A stretch of 62,011 nucleotides of DNA, the filler included, from Sphacelaria rigidula (taxonomy: Eukaryota): the NCBI GenBank assembly GCA_964200075.2. It is 5 parts of 5 records of this genome, joined end to end, with 100 filler letters (N's around TTAATTAATTAA, not from the genome) between each part and the next. Parts side by side here need not be neighbours in the genome. Positions count along the whole stretch, not along the records: positions 1 to 12,323 come from CAXNAA020003885.1; positions 12,424 to 24,745 come from CAXNAA020003886.1; 3 more parts are not named here. One strand, written 5' to 3'. Numbering within the stretch: the first letter of the stretch is position 1; each line of letters opens with the position of its first letter. The position numbers were made by a program, and so were the translations under genes. Shown one piece after another: positions 1 to 13,264 of the stretch. The notes under the pieces were generated by a model. That model was not told where the DNA came from, ran no database searches, and worked only from the letters and a program-made list of their open reading frames with translations.

Positions 1-2334
1 CCGGTCGCCCAGAATGAGGTTTTCGGGAAATTGGGGGGATGAACACCGTTTTCCAGTCTGTAGGGCCCCTTGGTTCAAGCTGGTGGTGGCTGCAGAAACG
101 CGGCTGGCCTGTGATTGGTCCAGACTGGAGACTTGCTGAAGCTGCGTGCAGCGGGAGTTTCAAGGCTCCTACGACTGTGTGGTGCGGCGACGAAGCGAGG
201 AAAGTGCAATTCGAGAAGGTCCGCTGGCCTGCAGAGGTTCGCAGGTAGCTGGTTACAGCTACAGCTACAGCTACGGCTACCGGCTCACGAGGTATGTCCA
301 CCGTGACACCCGTGGTCATGCGGGAAAAATTGCGACCTCCCCAATACGGAGACAGGTACTCAGAGAGTTCATCTCGCACTTTTTACACGAGGTATGTGGA
401 ATACAAGAAGCGTGTGGAGCACGCTAATGCAGGGGGTGCAGTGCGGCATCAGGTGGTGACAATGACTCAACAAGTGCCAACTCATATACAAAGAGTGTTC
501 GCTCATTTGGAACATGATGAGAGCACTCTCACCTCGCCGCAATTGGTTGCGGCGATCAAAAGGCATCCTGGGCATGCGGCGGGCGCCGAGGTAGACCTGA
601 TCCAAGCGTCCGCGGCTGTGGCGAAAGCTGTCGCAATGGATTTCCGGGGGAAAACGATGTTCGAGCTTGTGGAGCCCATCTTGGCAATTCGGAGAAGTAC
701 TTCACGGAAAACCCGAACGTAGAACTAGTATATCGTTCCCCTGATGGTGAGTTCATTCCCGGCCCGGCAGCAGAAATCACTGTGGCTCTGATGGGGGGGT
801 TGGCACCGGAAAATTTCAAGCAAGCCGTGCTTATCAAGCCGCAGCATCAAACAGACTGGAAGGCCGACCCTTACCTAGTGATGAGCATCGCCGTAGCCGA
901 GGCCAAGGAGTGGTGGAAAACAGAGGTGTTCGGCCAGTCGTCCACCTCTTCGCCGAAACGTTTGCGCAACCATGGCTCGAAATCGGCTGGTTGCGCCGCG
1001 AGTATTGCTTACCACCGCTGTGGCCAGGTCGGCCGGCCATTACGCGCGCAATTGCCCAACGTCTTCCGGTGGAGAGTCTGGGCAGTCTAGTGCCGCGCGC
1101 CATCAGCATCGTCAGCACAAGGGCAAAAGACGACGTAATCGTTCGTGGTGGCGGCGGCGGATCCTCCGGCGATGGAGGGTCGCAGGCGAGCTCTCAGCAG
1201 CAGCAGCAGCGTCAGCAGCACCAGCAGCAGGGGCAGCGGCGTCAGCATGGGCCTGGCTCTGGGTCCGGCGCCGGCGTAGGTGCTGCTGCTTCGCAGCGGG
1301 CGGTACAGGTGGGCCCGATTTCTACAGAGTCGGACACTGCGCCGGCGCCGGTGGTGGCGCCGGCGGCGACACCGGCAGCAGCGCCAGGCGCGACGCCTGT
1401 TGACGCGCTGGTCGGAGGGTCACCAAATTTTTGGTTTGCTGGCCGGGGGGCGTACTCGCTGGCGGTGCCGTTTGAACCTGCTAGGGCGTCTTCGCCTGCG
1501 CCGCTTGCGCAGTCGTGGCGTCAAGTGGGATTAGCGGCGCACAGATCAGCAGAAACATTTGCCGTGAAGCTTGCCGACAGATAAATTCCGGCGGAGTTAT
1601 GTCTTCCGAATCAACGGTAGCGTGGAGCCATTGTGGTTCGGTCTGTGTTGGATTTTGGCGCCCATTTCGCTAGTCTGCCGGTGCAGATGGTTGAGATGCT
1701 GGAGCGACAACTCCCGGGTGTGCTGCTGCGCATCCCGTTTTCGCTCGAGGCGCGGCAGGCAGTCACTGCGTCAGGTCAGCATGTTTCAGTCACGGAGCGT
1801 ACTGTTCCATTGCAGCTAGCCTTCAAGACTGCTTGGGGGCTGGCGCCGTTGCCTCCGATCTCGTTTGCGCTTATGCCAGGGTCGGATGGCGTTGTTCTTC
1901 TGGGGCTGCCGACGCTACAGGATCTAGGAGTCGACCCGTATGAGCGGTTGAAAGACTCCATCAAGACGCGGATGTCTCCACCTGGTCCGCACGTGGAGAC
2001 GCCCGCCTTTTTGGACAGTCGTCGCGTGAGCTTGTCGGTGGATGCTTTTCAGGAGGCTGGGGGGCAGGTGACCGAGGAGCGGGATGCGGCGGTGGAACGC
2101 TTAGTAAAGCACGGCTCGGATATGTTCATGGACCCGGCGGAAGAGGAGTCCGCTCGGAAGGTCGCGGTGGAGAAGAGCGTGACGGATGCTGCGGCGAAAG
2201 GCCTCAGCGTCCCCACAGCGGAACGCCTGCGCGGCATCTTGCATCTTGCATCGCCGCGTCAACGCGTTTCGTCGTGCGCTGCGGGGTGATCCCCCTACGC
2301 GCGTGGAGCCCATGCGTCTTCAGCTGAAACCTGG

Positions 2335-2520
2335 GGTATCCACGGTGAAGGCTAAGCCGCGGCGGTACGATCCGGTGAAGTCGAGCTGGTTGGCGTCGTG
2401 CATGGCGGCTCTTTTGGCGCTTGGGTTGGTATCCGCGGTGAAGGCTAAGCCGCGGCGGTACGATCCGGTGAAGTCGAGCTGGTTGGCGTCGTGCATAGCG
2501 GCTCTTTTGGCGCTTAGGTT
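2335..2520 (+). repeat. 93-bp in-frame tandem duplication in the RT N-terminus
   Basis: Units 2335-2427 and 2428-2520 are nearly identical (VKAKPRRYDPVKSSWLASC..LLAL twice). The segment is single-copy in family A copy 2 (~39715-39800). Confidence 0.9.
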
Positions 2521-5460
2521 GGTAGTCCGGAACCTGCAGGCGGTATGGTCCAGTCCGGCGATGGCGGTTCCCAAGAAATACTCGTTTCGCCTGGTGAATG
2601 ATCAGGTTGAGAAGTCGCCGGGTGTGATGCCCAATCAAGAGTCGGACATGCGTGATCTCTTGAGTACTCGGTGTTTTGGCAAGTTGGACCTCCTGCGAGG
2701 TTATTGGCAGATGCCGTTGGCGGAGGAGGCGCAGAAGAGTTCAACAATCACGGCCTCGTTAGGCTTGTTTACCCCGAAGCGAGTACCGCAAGGCGTGTTG
2801 AATGCCTCGGCATATTTTCAAGGTTTCATGACAGAACTGCTTGCCGGCTTGAAATGCAAGATATGGGTGGATGATGTGTTTTTTTCGCGGATACGGAAGA
2901 CGAACTTTGAGACACGCTTGATGCTATCTTGGCCCGTTCAGAGACTGTTGGTTTGTTTGCGGCGGCGCACAAATGCGCTTTCTTCGGTAGTGAACTCGTA
3001 AGGTGTGGGGAAGTGTACTCACACGGACGCGTATCTCGTGACCCTGTCAGATTGCAAGTCTTGTCTAAAATGCGGCTCCCGGAGACGGCCGCAGAACCCG
3101 TGCAATTCCTACAGGCCTTGAATTGGCTGCTTACCTCGTTGCCGCGTATGGCAGAAACCGTAGCTCCCTTGCGTTTTTTTCCTCGGAGAACTCATGGCGG
3201 GTGCTGGTAGGCGGACGAGGCGTGTTGCAAAAAACCGTACTATTCCGCCTGCATCGTGGACGGAGGGTAGGCTGCAGGCGTGGGCGGCAGCGAAGGATCT
3301 GGTGGCTCACGCCGTGACGCTGTTTCATCCTCGTCCTGATCGTCAGGTGCGAATGTTTCCGGATGCATCTGAGTGTCATTGGGGTAGTTTCGTTACGCAG
3401 GTGCCTAAAGCGGAAATGATAAGACGCCTGCCAGATGAGGACATGAGACATGAACCGCTGGCTTTCCTCAGTGCTAATTTTAAGGTTTCGCAGTTGCGGT
3501 GGGCCACAATTGATAAGGAAGGTTTTTCTAACGTAAGCACTTTTCGTCGTTTGGAGCATCTTTTGCGGGATGGCGTGCACATTTTCGCGGATCACCGGAA
3601 TCTCGCGTATATTTTCAACCCAGGAGCGTGCGTTACATCTGTGTCGAAAGAATTGGCACAACGTTTGGGGGGTTGGAAAGTTGTTCTTCGCCAGGACCGT
3701 TACTCGATTTGCCATAGTTCGGGTGACCGTAGCGCGTGGGGTGACTTGCTTTCGCGTTGGATGAATATTCCGGCTTTGCCTGTGTGCACTGTGGCTGTGC
3801 CTGATCCGTGTGAACCTGGTGACTCGATGCCGTCCAAATCTGTTGCCCGCCAAGCGCAACGAGAAGATCTTAAGGTCGAAGATGCGGATGTGCAATCTTT
3901 CGAGTCGGACGTTGGTACTGCTATCTTGGACAATAAAGGTCTGTTTCGTGTGCATGTGCGTGGCCGAAACGTTTTGTGGATTCCGAGTTCTGACAAGCAA
4001 TTGCAGGTACGTCTGATGATTTGCGCGCACATGCACAATGCCAGGCATCGTGGTGTGGCTGCGACGCTCGTGCGCTTGCAAGAGTCTTGTGTCTGGCAGG
4101 GGATGGAAACTCACGTTCGCGAACTTGTCCGCCAGTGTCTTCACTGTGCTGACTCGAGGGCGGGCGATGTTGTTCGCCGCCCGCTCGATGAAACGGTCCA
4201 TGGGACCACGCCGAATGAAGTCGTTCATTTTGACTTCTTGTACGTGGGCGAAAGTGGCCCGCTAGCTTCCCAAGGTTTGTCGGAGAAGGATGGTGGGTTT
4301 CGATACATCTTGGGAATCATGGATGATTTGAGTAACTTTGTGGCTCTGGAACCAGTAGTAATGTGTACTGCTGAATCAACCGCTGCATCTTTGCTGAATT
4401 GGTGCAGAACTTTGGGGGTGCCCCGTGTGTAGGTGAGTGATACCGCAACGCATTTCAAAAATGCGCTCTTGGCCCGATTGCGAGAGGCTGTGCGCGTTGA
4501 GCACCAGTTTGCGGTAGCGTATTCTCCGTGGTCTAACGGTACGTGCCAACGCATGGTCAAGGAAGTAATTCGTGTTCTTCGCTCTATTCTTCTCGAGCAG
4601 CGTAGAGCGGTTTCCGAGTGGGTGGACGTGTTGCCGACGGTGCAATGGGCGCTTAATACAGCATATCGTTGTCGTTACGATGGTACGCCGTGCCACGTGA
4701 TGTTTGGTCGTGCCCCTCGGACGTCGTTCTCGGTGCTGGCGTCTTCGTCGGCGGGGGAACGAAATTGTGATGTTTTGGACGATGTTCAAATTAAGAGAGC
4801 ATTGCAACGAGTCTTGGACTTGCAAGAACGTTTCTACGTTCAAGTGCAGGAAGGTGTGTTGCCGCTGAACGTGCGCGTAGACGTGAGGGGACTTCTTCGG
4901 AGCTGGAATTGCCGAATTTTGAGGTAGGCGACTATGTCTTGTATGCACGCATGCGTCGTCCGGGTGTTACGTCCAAGTTGATGGCAACTTGGACTGGTCC
5001 ATGGAGAGTGGTTGGTGCTCACCACCCGCACGTGTTTGAGATTTAGAACATTTTTTCGGGTCGTGCTCAGATCGCCCATGTAGCTCGTTTGCGTTTTTAT
5101 GCAGACTCACAGCTCAATGTTACGGTTGACGTTAAGGACGTGTTCCAGCATTTTAAATCAGGGGCATTTTCAGATGGCTGGTATTGTCCGAGTGGCAGAA
5201 GCAGATGATTGTTCGCTGATCGTGTTGGTCAACTGGGTTGGTTCCGAAGTTGAGGAGCGTACGTTGGAGCCTTTCGAGGATATTTTTGAGTCCGCTCCGG
5301 GTTTCCTCACGAAGGAGTTGCGTAAATTGTGCGTGACTCGTGCCGTTGCTGCTTGCATTACGAGTGAGTTTGGTATTCAATTGTGACTTTCTCATCGTTT
5401 TGGCGTTTTCTATGTTCCAAGCTTGTTGATCGATTTCCGTCCAACGCTCTTTGGGGGTGC

Positions 5461-5718
5461 TGTGACGAAAATACGCCGTCACGTTGAGTTGGTAGTGATG
5501 ATATGGATATGACTGGCGGCACGGAGATTCTGGAGGGTTCTGGATAATGACCGGGGACACGGAGATGGTGCTTGCGTGTCTAGAAAGATGGTGCCTTGGG
5601 AAGTCACTCCTGAATAATGAGAATGTTGTAAAGGCTGACAACTGAAACTGAAACTAGTAAGACTAGGTAGTCCTTGAACAGCAATGATCCAACAGTGCTT
5701 CCACTGGCTGGCGTCATA
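5461..5718 (+). repeat. 3' LTR of family A copy 1
   Basis: Follows a G-rich PPT-like tract (TTGGGGGTGC) shortly after the pol stop. Starts TGTGACG and ends CGTCATA, a one-mismatch inverted terminus. Confidence 0.7.
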
Positions 5719-6321
5719 GCGGTTGGGACGAATTAGAGTTCATACGAAGTGAATCCTCGTGAAATGACAAGATTCAACCTGTATGAATTGTTGGTCCCGC
5801 TGAGTCGAGGGTCAATAACACATATGCAGCGCAGGCATCTTGTGCGCATTACAGCTGGGAGAAAAGTGCGCGTGATTCAGGGCCCATGAAATGACAAGAT
5901 TCAACCTGTATCATTTGTTGGTCCCATATTAACCCGAACGTGGGAAAAATTTACGGGCGCTCACCTCGAACGTCTCTGCCAAGCAAGTTGTACATGGCGT
6001 TCCCCCCTCATGATGGTAAGAAGTTTATGGCATGTACAATCGATTCATTCAAATTGCAGAGCAGGGGATGACTATGCGCTCATTATTTACCCCGGTATTC
6101 ACGGAAGGTAGGAAACAGGTACCTTTGACATGTACTGCACGACGCACGAATGAAAAGCGTATGAACTACTACAAATGATGTACGAATCGTATTATTCATT
6201 CATTGGAATGATAAATTTGAGCTGAATCACGACTTTAGTCGTCCTAACCGTGGAAAGCTCATAGCATAACTCTCAATGCCTGAGACGTGATATCCAGGTT
6301 AAGTTCATCTAGTGCCTCTGC

Positions 6322-6557
6322 GACACTTGCTACGATAGCCCTCCCCCAAAAGTGCATGGTTCTGGGAGTCAAAATCTTCACGTAAATCGCGATGGGAAAC
6401 GCCGAGCACAACGAGAAGCTGGGAATTCCCACGCTTGGGTTCGTTCTAGNNNNNNNNNNTTCATGCAGCCTGAACCCGAACATCAGGCGCTGTATAGTCA
6501 TTTTTTTCGTGACACTTTTGAGCTGGTTCTGGGAGGGGGGTTATCGTAGAAAGTGTC
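6322..6557. mobile_element. MITE with GACACTT..CTACGATA TIRs and 4-bp TSD (CTGC)
   Basis: TIRs GACACTTGCTACGATAGCCC / GGGTTATCGTAGAAAGTGTC; CTGC at 6318-6321 and 6558-6561; homologous copy at 27737-27999. Confidence 0.8.
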
Positions 6558-8496
6558 CTGCTCGGAATATATTGATTTTAGTGTTGAACCTTATGTACGC
6601 CATATCTCCAGATAGATGATGAATTAGGGGAAGGTGAGGGTATCTATCGTCTCTCCGTGCTCCAAGGAATATCCGCAGCAAAAGTCATATCGATCGGGGT
6701 TTTATTTAGATTTTAGTATGGACGTTATCTCCGTTGGGTATAGGAATTACTAGACATGGGGTTTAATCAACGAGGAAATATTGGCCCAGACGTTTGAGCA
6801 GATGAGCTCCCTTCCCTAGATTAGGGCCCTTTTTAACGAAGGGGATAATCCCCCTTTTCACGATCCCCTTTTGACAGGGGATTGGCCCCATAACGATCAG
6901 TCCCGAGTCCTATCGACAAGCACATTTGTATAGATTGGAACCCAGATCTGCACGCAGGTTCAGAAATGCGGCGGGTCTGGAAGTGGTCGTTAGTCCAGGC
7001 AGGTCCAAGGTCTGTGTGATGCTGCAGACAAGACACAACAAGGCAACACAACACGTAGACACCCAGCCCCGAAAAACACGGACTAACACACACCACTCAC
7101 GCGCATTACTTTTACTGCTAGACCTTGCTAATATACACACGGCAGTCTTCGTTTGATGGAAATCCGTTCTGTATTGGACGAATGACGGCGGCGTGCGTGT
7201 CAAGAACAACCGAAAACGTGTCGTTGCTGACCGTTTCGTAACCGTGTGCTGCGCGCGCGTCTCACACAAATCATTTTTCAATGAATTCTGAACAGATTCG
7301 AGCAAGGTCACGAACAACGTGCACAGCTGATGAGCAACTACGGCTTGAGCTGTGTGTTTTGGTTTGCGGGGCCACCAAGTTCCTCAGCTTCACCTGTGAT
7401 TGTGTTGGATTGTGTTGTGAGCCCTTGCATCTGCCCCTGTCAACGGGACCAATATGTTCCCCTTCGAGGTGCACGGAAATCCCCTCTTCAGACAGGAGTG
7501 CCCAAAAACAAACTCCGAAACCCTCTCTACCTCCATAGGATTATTGGTTCACATGAAGAAATACTCAACAAATAGCCATTTTAGGGCGACTTGGGTGAGG
7601 TAGCGCCCATGATTGTTGGCCCTGTCTGCCACGACAAGATGCGACGCACATTGGACGCAAATTGGCGGTGCAGAAATATGCGTCTAGCTTGATTAAACAA
7701 GTATTGCAGAGTATTTGGCATTTGTCCGGTCTTGTTCTTGTCGTGGAACTGTGATGTGCAATGTATTGCCGAAACTCATAAATATAACTTGGCCTGGGCT
7801 CCGAAGGTATGCGAAGAATTGAAGCCTCATGAACACGAATTACTATTTTTTTTATACTTCTTACTTCGTATTTTTACATTTTATTTTTGATATTTTATCA
7901 TTATCTTTCATGTCTGGGATTTGGTAACCCCCCGCCGAAAATCTCCAGGATTCAAAAAAGGGGCATAGGGTCTCGGATTTTTGTTGTGGGTACTCTCGCT
8001 CGCTCCAGAGGTAATTTCTGTGCACGTTGAGGGGTTTTTTTCGGAGGGGGGTGGTATCGCAGCGACTAATCACCGGTTGTTTTTCGAAAAGGGGATTTTG
8101 AAAAAGGAAGTTTTGAAAAAGAGGATCATCCCCTCCTCTAAAGAGGACCGTGATACGATTAATAGAATATGAGGACCATGGCCCCACGCGTCTGTGTCGA
8201 TGAGATATTGCTCAGTGTCAAGCATGGGCGTAGTGTCAAGCATGGGCGCTAACACTAGACTGTGTGTATCGCTGGTTCGACGCGAGCGTTCTGTCATTCG
8301 TGACGTGGTCCTTCGATGCTATGATATCGGCAGCGAGAACGTGCGCAGCTGCTCGGTCAGCCCCTGAAAAACAATCGCAGTCGTTCACCGGGAAGATAGT
8401 CCGTTCAAGCCAAGACTCTGGAGTCCGTCACTTCTTAGTCTCAAGTTTCATACAGCTTACATGCCGTTGGCCATGTTTAAATGCTTTGTATTAAAG

Positions 8497-11020
8497 GGCT
8501 TCGTGGACACTACCATCTGTGTGCACTCTTCAGGCACCAATCCTACGAGACTTATCGCTGCCTGGGGAAGTCAGGACAGTGTCAGCTACCATGGCAGTGA
8601 TGCTGGACAAGCGCAGGTGATTCTTTTTGGAGAGGACAACGAAGCCAGCACGGACCTGCTCGTAGATATCAAGGCTGCGGAAGACATCAGCTACTTTGAC
8701 GTCGCGGCGGTGAGAGGTACTACACGGTAGAGTGGCCGTACCTGCTTGAGGTAAAGCAGTGAAACGTTTACGTCAAGCATGGGGGACGACTCCTGACGCT
8801 TGCTGTCACTTCGACCTCGTAGACCGTGCTTGCCGCATGGCGGATCGTCATGATCGCCGAGGGGGCCTTGAATTCAAATATGAGTGTGTAGCTTTTTCTA
8901 TTGCTTTCGTCTCGCCACCGGTATACACTCACGTACTGGTGCTCAACCGCTCGCACTCTACACCTTTTTTCTGCGTCATTTCGTCCTCCGTGACGCCGGG
9001 GACGTATGTCTCTTGTTTGTTTCAGTTCTACAGTCACGTTTTGACGAGTCCCTCCGCTTGTATTCCGCGTTGATCGTTATTTGCAGCAAAACTATACTAT
9101 GCCGGCAGAAAAGACGATCTACGAGTTCTTCTGCGTGTCGGCATCGGAGTTGCCAGTCGAAGGAGAGGTGCGATTGATACTGCGTAGGTATTGTACCTTT
9201 CATTTATCAAACGTAGTTTCGTGCTAAAAATATAGATTTGGGCTGCCGTGTGTAGATGGCTCCCCGCGTGCCGGCTCTGATCGCCGATCCCAGCATAGTA
9301 GACAGGATGTTATATGCTTGCTTCCATAGTATTGTGTCTGTACTTGGGATGTGCTTGGATGTTCAACCCCACTCCCGCTGGTGGGCCAGCTTTTGTTTCA
9401 CTCAACAAGCCCCTCTTCGAACCGTCCTCTGTTACTCTGCCTCCCACATCACGTGTCTCAACCTCTGACACGTTTCCGTCAGTTTCACGTCGTAGGTATG
9501 GAGCCGCTTCTCTACGACGAAACAGAGGAGTATATGCACCATTTGGTCGTCAAGGGCTTCACTGACTCCGACAATTGCCACTGGAACTGTTCCATAGAGT
9601 TCTTTGGGTCAGGCGACACGAATATCGACGAAGGCGCTTGCGATGACTATGTCTATGGGGACATCTACGCTTGGGCGCCTGGAGTATCCTCTCTGGCCAT
9701 GCCTGATGATGTCGGATTCCGATTCGGATCGAGCGGCTATCGGTCCATAGGTGACTGATGCAACTTTTAGGAGCGGGCGAATATTCGGCGGGGGGGCGTG
9801 GGCGTATGACTGTGGGTATGAGGTAGTGTGCAACACGCGTCTTTCCGTCTACATGGTATGGTAGAGCTCATGAGTTGATGAGAGCATAGAAAACTCCAAC
9901 CCGATGTTGTACCGCGCGCAGCTGCATATTGGTATTCCCAGATCCGATGCTACCGCCCTTCTCGTTTCGCGCGTTTCGCAAAATAATTCAGGTGTCCAGA
10001 TACACTACAACAACGTCGATCTGGATGAAGGGGTGGTTGACAACTCGGGTGTTAGGGTGCATTATTCAGAAGAGCTGCTCTCCATAGATGCCGGCCTTCT
10101 ACAGCTAGGAGATCCGTTTATATCTCTTGGAGACGCGTCAATCGAAGGCAGCGATTTGCCGGACAACAAATCTCTGTACTCCTTTTCCTGCCCGTCGTCA
10201 TGTTTCGAGCAATATTTCGAGGTTTGCGGTGATGTGCTTTTTTTGTACGTCCCCAGTTGGCACATGTAAGCGCGCTGGTCAACCCCAACCGTTTGCGTAG
10301 TATGTGGCACCATTTATACCGATGCAAATAACTTGCCGCTCGAGTAATATCTTACGGAACACCCTGGAAAAGCAACGGGATGTCGAAGCGCTTTTGCGCT
10401 CGGGTACGCGCCCGAATCGCTTCTCGGTCTGACGAGCTGAACAAACCGCTTGATCTCGCGCACACGTCTCACTCCTTGAACACAATGTTTATTTCAACTG
10501 ATTTTACTCTGCTTTTGAGTCTTACCGCGTGCTAGTGGATATCCGTACTAAGATTGTCCTTTCACGTCGTTACGGAGTTTTGAATCAGCGCTCCTGCGAC
10601 CTGTCGACGTTTTTGGCCGCGTCACGTTTCCGGACGATGTAACCGAAAAATAATGGTCGGGATTCGTATCCACACATTCTGTCTAAACTGATGTTGACGC
10701 ACCTGTTGACGAGCGGAAGGGAATGTGGTAGCACAAGCGATAGTAACGGGTATTTCGCGCGCCAATCGATTGAACTCAGCACGTTCGCTGCACTGATCTC
10801 CCGTCCGCGCTTCCCGCTGCTGCTTTCATCGCTCTCGCGGATGCAGGACGAAAACGTCACCGTGTTCGGACACTTGATGCACATGCATGCGACAGGGCAG
10901 CACATGATCACTCGTCAATACCGCGACGACGTGCTGATAAAAATTTCGAGAGTGGAGTATTACTCTTTCGACCAGGGCGGCGGTTACAACACCTATGCCA
11001 ACGGCAGCGAGACAATGCAG
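8497..11020 (+). CDS. DOMON + copper type II ascorbate-dependent monooxygenase (DBH/MOXD1-like), partial; exons 8497-8709, 9087-9167, 9483-9750, 9992-10221, 10847-11020
   Basis: Phase-compatible GT-AG exons give RLIAAWG..SYHG (DOMON end), NYTMPAEKTIYEFFC, YMHHLVV (CuH His pair), YAWAPG..PDDVGF, QIHYNN..DNSGVRVHY and HLMHMHATG (CuM HxH). 5' exons and the last exon with the Met ligand were not found. Confidence 0.88.
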
Positions 11021-12493
11021 GTACGCGCGAGGCGACACATGGGTAGGTCGGGACGAAGAGATGGCACGTTTGCATCGCGTGGCCATCACACATGAGGGAT
11101 CGTTGATGATACGCCCGAAGAGAGTCTGCAAGAAGTCCAAAAGTCAAGAGAAGAACTGCCTCGATGTTGCTTCAAGTCTGTACTACATATAACAGCGGAT
11201 CCTGAAAAATGGGGTCCATCTCAAAAATGAGGTTGAAATGGTATTTCTTTTTTGCAGGGATGACGCGAAACAATTACGATCGAGCGAAGCCAGCTTCCCC
11301 CCCAAATGTCCGCAGCAGTTGAGCAGCTGTGGCTGGGTACACCTGACGAATNNNNNNNNNNGACGGAAAGGAAGCTCCTCGCCCGTGTCCTTTGTGTGTC
11401 CTCGCTCGGCGATTACCAATCGCTCGAGAGACTGGCATCATCGATGTCACCAACATGTACCCAATTTTCCATGTGCCGGAACATCGAGGTGCAGAGAGAT
11501 TCCGTCTCTTCTTGCCTGTGGAGCTCACCAATGCGAAGATGGACTTGTCTCTGCCTCTCTTTTTGCACGGGACGCGCCTCTGCGCACTGAAAAACATGTC
11601 GTTGAAAAATAGGGCAATGTTCCCGTCACCGCTACCATTGTTCTCTGCCACACACATGCCAGCAAAGGCGATGGTGCGGCGAAAACAACAGATATGTCCA
11701 ATTTGAACTTGGGGGGTATTATTCATCGTCGATTTTACCCGACATGTATGTGAGCGACCCTCTGGGTGCCCAACGAGAAGAGCGCGCGAGACGCCAGTTG
11801 GGGGGGGGGGGGGGGTATGAGACATCAAACACTTGTGGAGACATTCTTGACATGCAGAGTGAACGAAATATACCTATAGTAGGATCTAACTGTTGCGAGC
11901 GTGGTGCAGAGGGGTGCGTCCATGCTGCAATCTGGAGCACGCGCTGGCTGCGTGAACACCTCGGTACAATAGGTTTCAAGAATGAATTCCGATGTGATGA
12001 GGTCACGCATCACAACCTGGGGCGAGATATGACCCCACGAAGACTACGGGTGCTCTATGATATTCCACTTGTCGTTGCATTTGACACCCACGCCATCAAC
12101 CGCCGACCGCAAAGGTCTTGTTGTTTTCAAGCATTGCTGGCGGTAATACGGCAGGCAAAGCCGATCATAGCTAGCTTTCGTCGCTCTACTGGACTGGCTG
12201 GCGTCTGAACAGAGGTCGCGCGGCATAGCAACATGTACCAAATTTCGAAACCTCTGTAAAAGCAAAACAGTTCGCTTTTTCCAACTACGTAAGCATGATG
12301 AAGATGACTGTTGTGGTCTGAGGNNNNNNNNNNNNNNNNNNNNNNNNNNNNNNNNNNNNNNNNNNNNTTAATTAATTAANNNNNNNNNNNNNNNNNNNNN
12401 NNNNNNNNNNNNNNNNNNNNNNNGATCGAAATCACGAATTCCAAGCCCAACTTTCACCCAATCTCCACATGCTTCAAATCGTAGCTACCGTCA

Positions 12494-12750
12494 GAGCAAC
12501 GCTACGGTACGGGTGCACTTTTTGCGCGAAATCTTGTTTGGTTTAGGGGCTCCTAACGATCCTAGACTGCACGAGAATACGGGTCAGGGCATGCCCGTTT
12601 GCAAATTCTTTCGGGATGTCTCTAGCACATTGAAATAGTAATCCTGGCGTACCTTCACATATTTCGGAAGTGGTGTTTTGGATGAGATACGGGGCTCCTA
12701 ACATTTCAAACCTCAGAAAATATATGTGCACCCCTACCGTAGCATCACTC
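12494..12750. mobile_element. Sola2-like MITE (GAG...CTC termini, 4-bp TSD GTCA)
   Basis: TIRs GAGCAACGCTACGGTACGGGTGCAC / GTGCACCCCTACCGTAGCATCACTC; GTCA at 12490-12493 and 12751-12754; another end of the same family at ~37268-37333. Confidence 0.7.
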
Positions 12751-13264
12751 GTCATCAGCTTGGGAATCTAACGAAAAAAACATGTTTGAAGACGGTTACT
12801 ACGGGAGTGGAATTATACCAGAAACCGTGATGTTTCGGTGATGGGTGTCGGCGTCGCCTAATTTCCACTACAGTATGATAATGATGCGCACGAAAGACCC
12901 AGGGAGCCTCGTGACCGTGTCCCCTATATCTGTTGTGGAAAAACTCAGATCGCCCTCAAACTTGGCGGTTCCGTAAGTATTGATGCCCCAATAGAAAATT
13001 GTAATCTTGGCAACATTTCATGGTTTCTCCGTTCGCAAGCGGCTTCCGGGGGTCCCAGTTTGAAGACCCCCGGGAGGCGGTACAGAATGCCCTAGAATAA
13101 AAACAATAAAATGATGCGTCCCGGGATAGTCCGACACAGGTACAAGGATTAGTGGAGAAACTCAAAAGCCGCATACAGTTTTTTTGCCTTGACGTGAAAT
13201 TCACCGATGAAGACGTTTCCATACTGAAACCAAGTAGTTAGGAGTTGCACGTTTCAAGCCCACG

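Larger units (their letters stand above)
1..5718 (+). mobile_element. Ty3/Gypsy LTR retrotransposon, family A copy 1 (decayed; gag-PR-RT-RH-INT-chromodomain plus 3' LTR)
   Basis: gag from ATG 294 with a frameshifted CCHC knuckle (HRCGQVG..HYARNCP, ~1010-1060); protease-like VLDFGAHF (~1640); RT motifs FGKLDLLRGYWQ, PQG, KIWVDD (2186-3001); RNase H DASECHWG..DHRNL; integrase H..H/C..C and HFDFL..DTATHF (3194-4927); chromodomain ~5165-5386. Many frameshifts and stops. The 5' LTR lies outside the window. Confidence 0.95.

Noticed and set aside
1-16. CCGGTCGCCCAGAAT as a possible family A PBS, and its match to the SINE head
   Set aside because: The TGG and the LTR end fall outside the window, and a 10-nt match is not significant.
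3131-4228. Long antisense ORFs over retroelements and the kinase (e.g. 3131-4228, 40440-41186, 21647-22255)
   Set aside because: Shadow ORFs of GC-rich sense coding sequence, with no motifs.
5722-5750. GWDELEFIR next to the LTR as a possible DOMON exon remnant
   Set aside because: Too short to support.
12324-12423. TTAATTAATTAA inside N-runs (also ~24790, ~37212, ~49634)
   Set aside because: Artificial all-frame-stop scaffold linker. Adjacency across these joins is not guaranteed.
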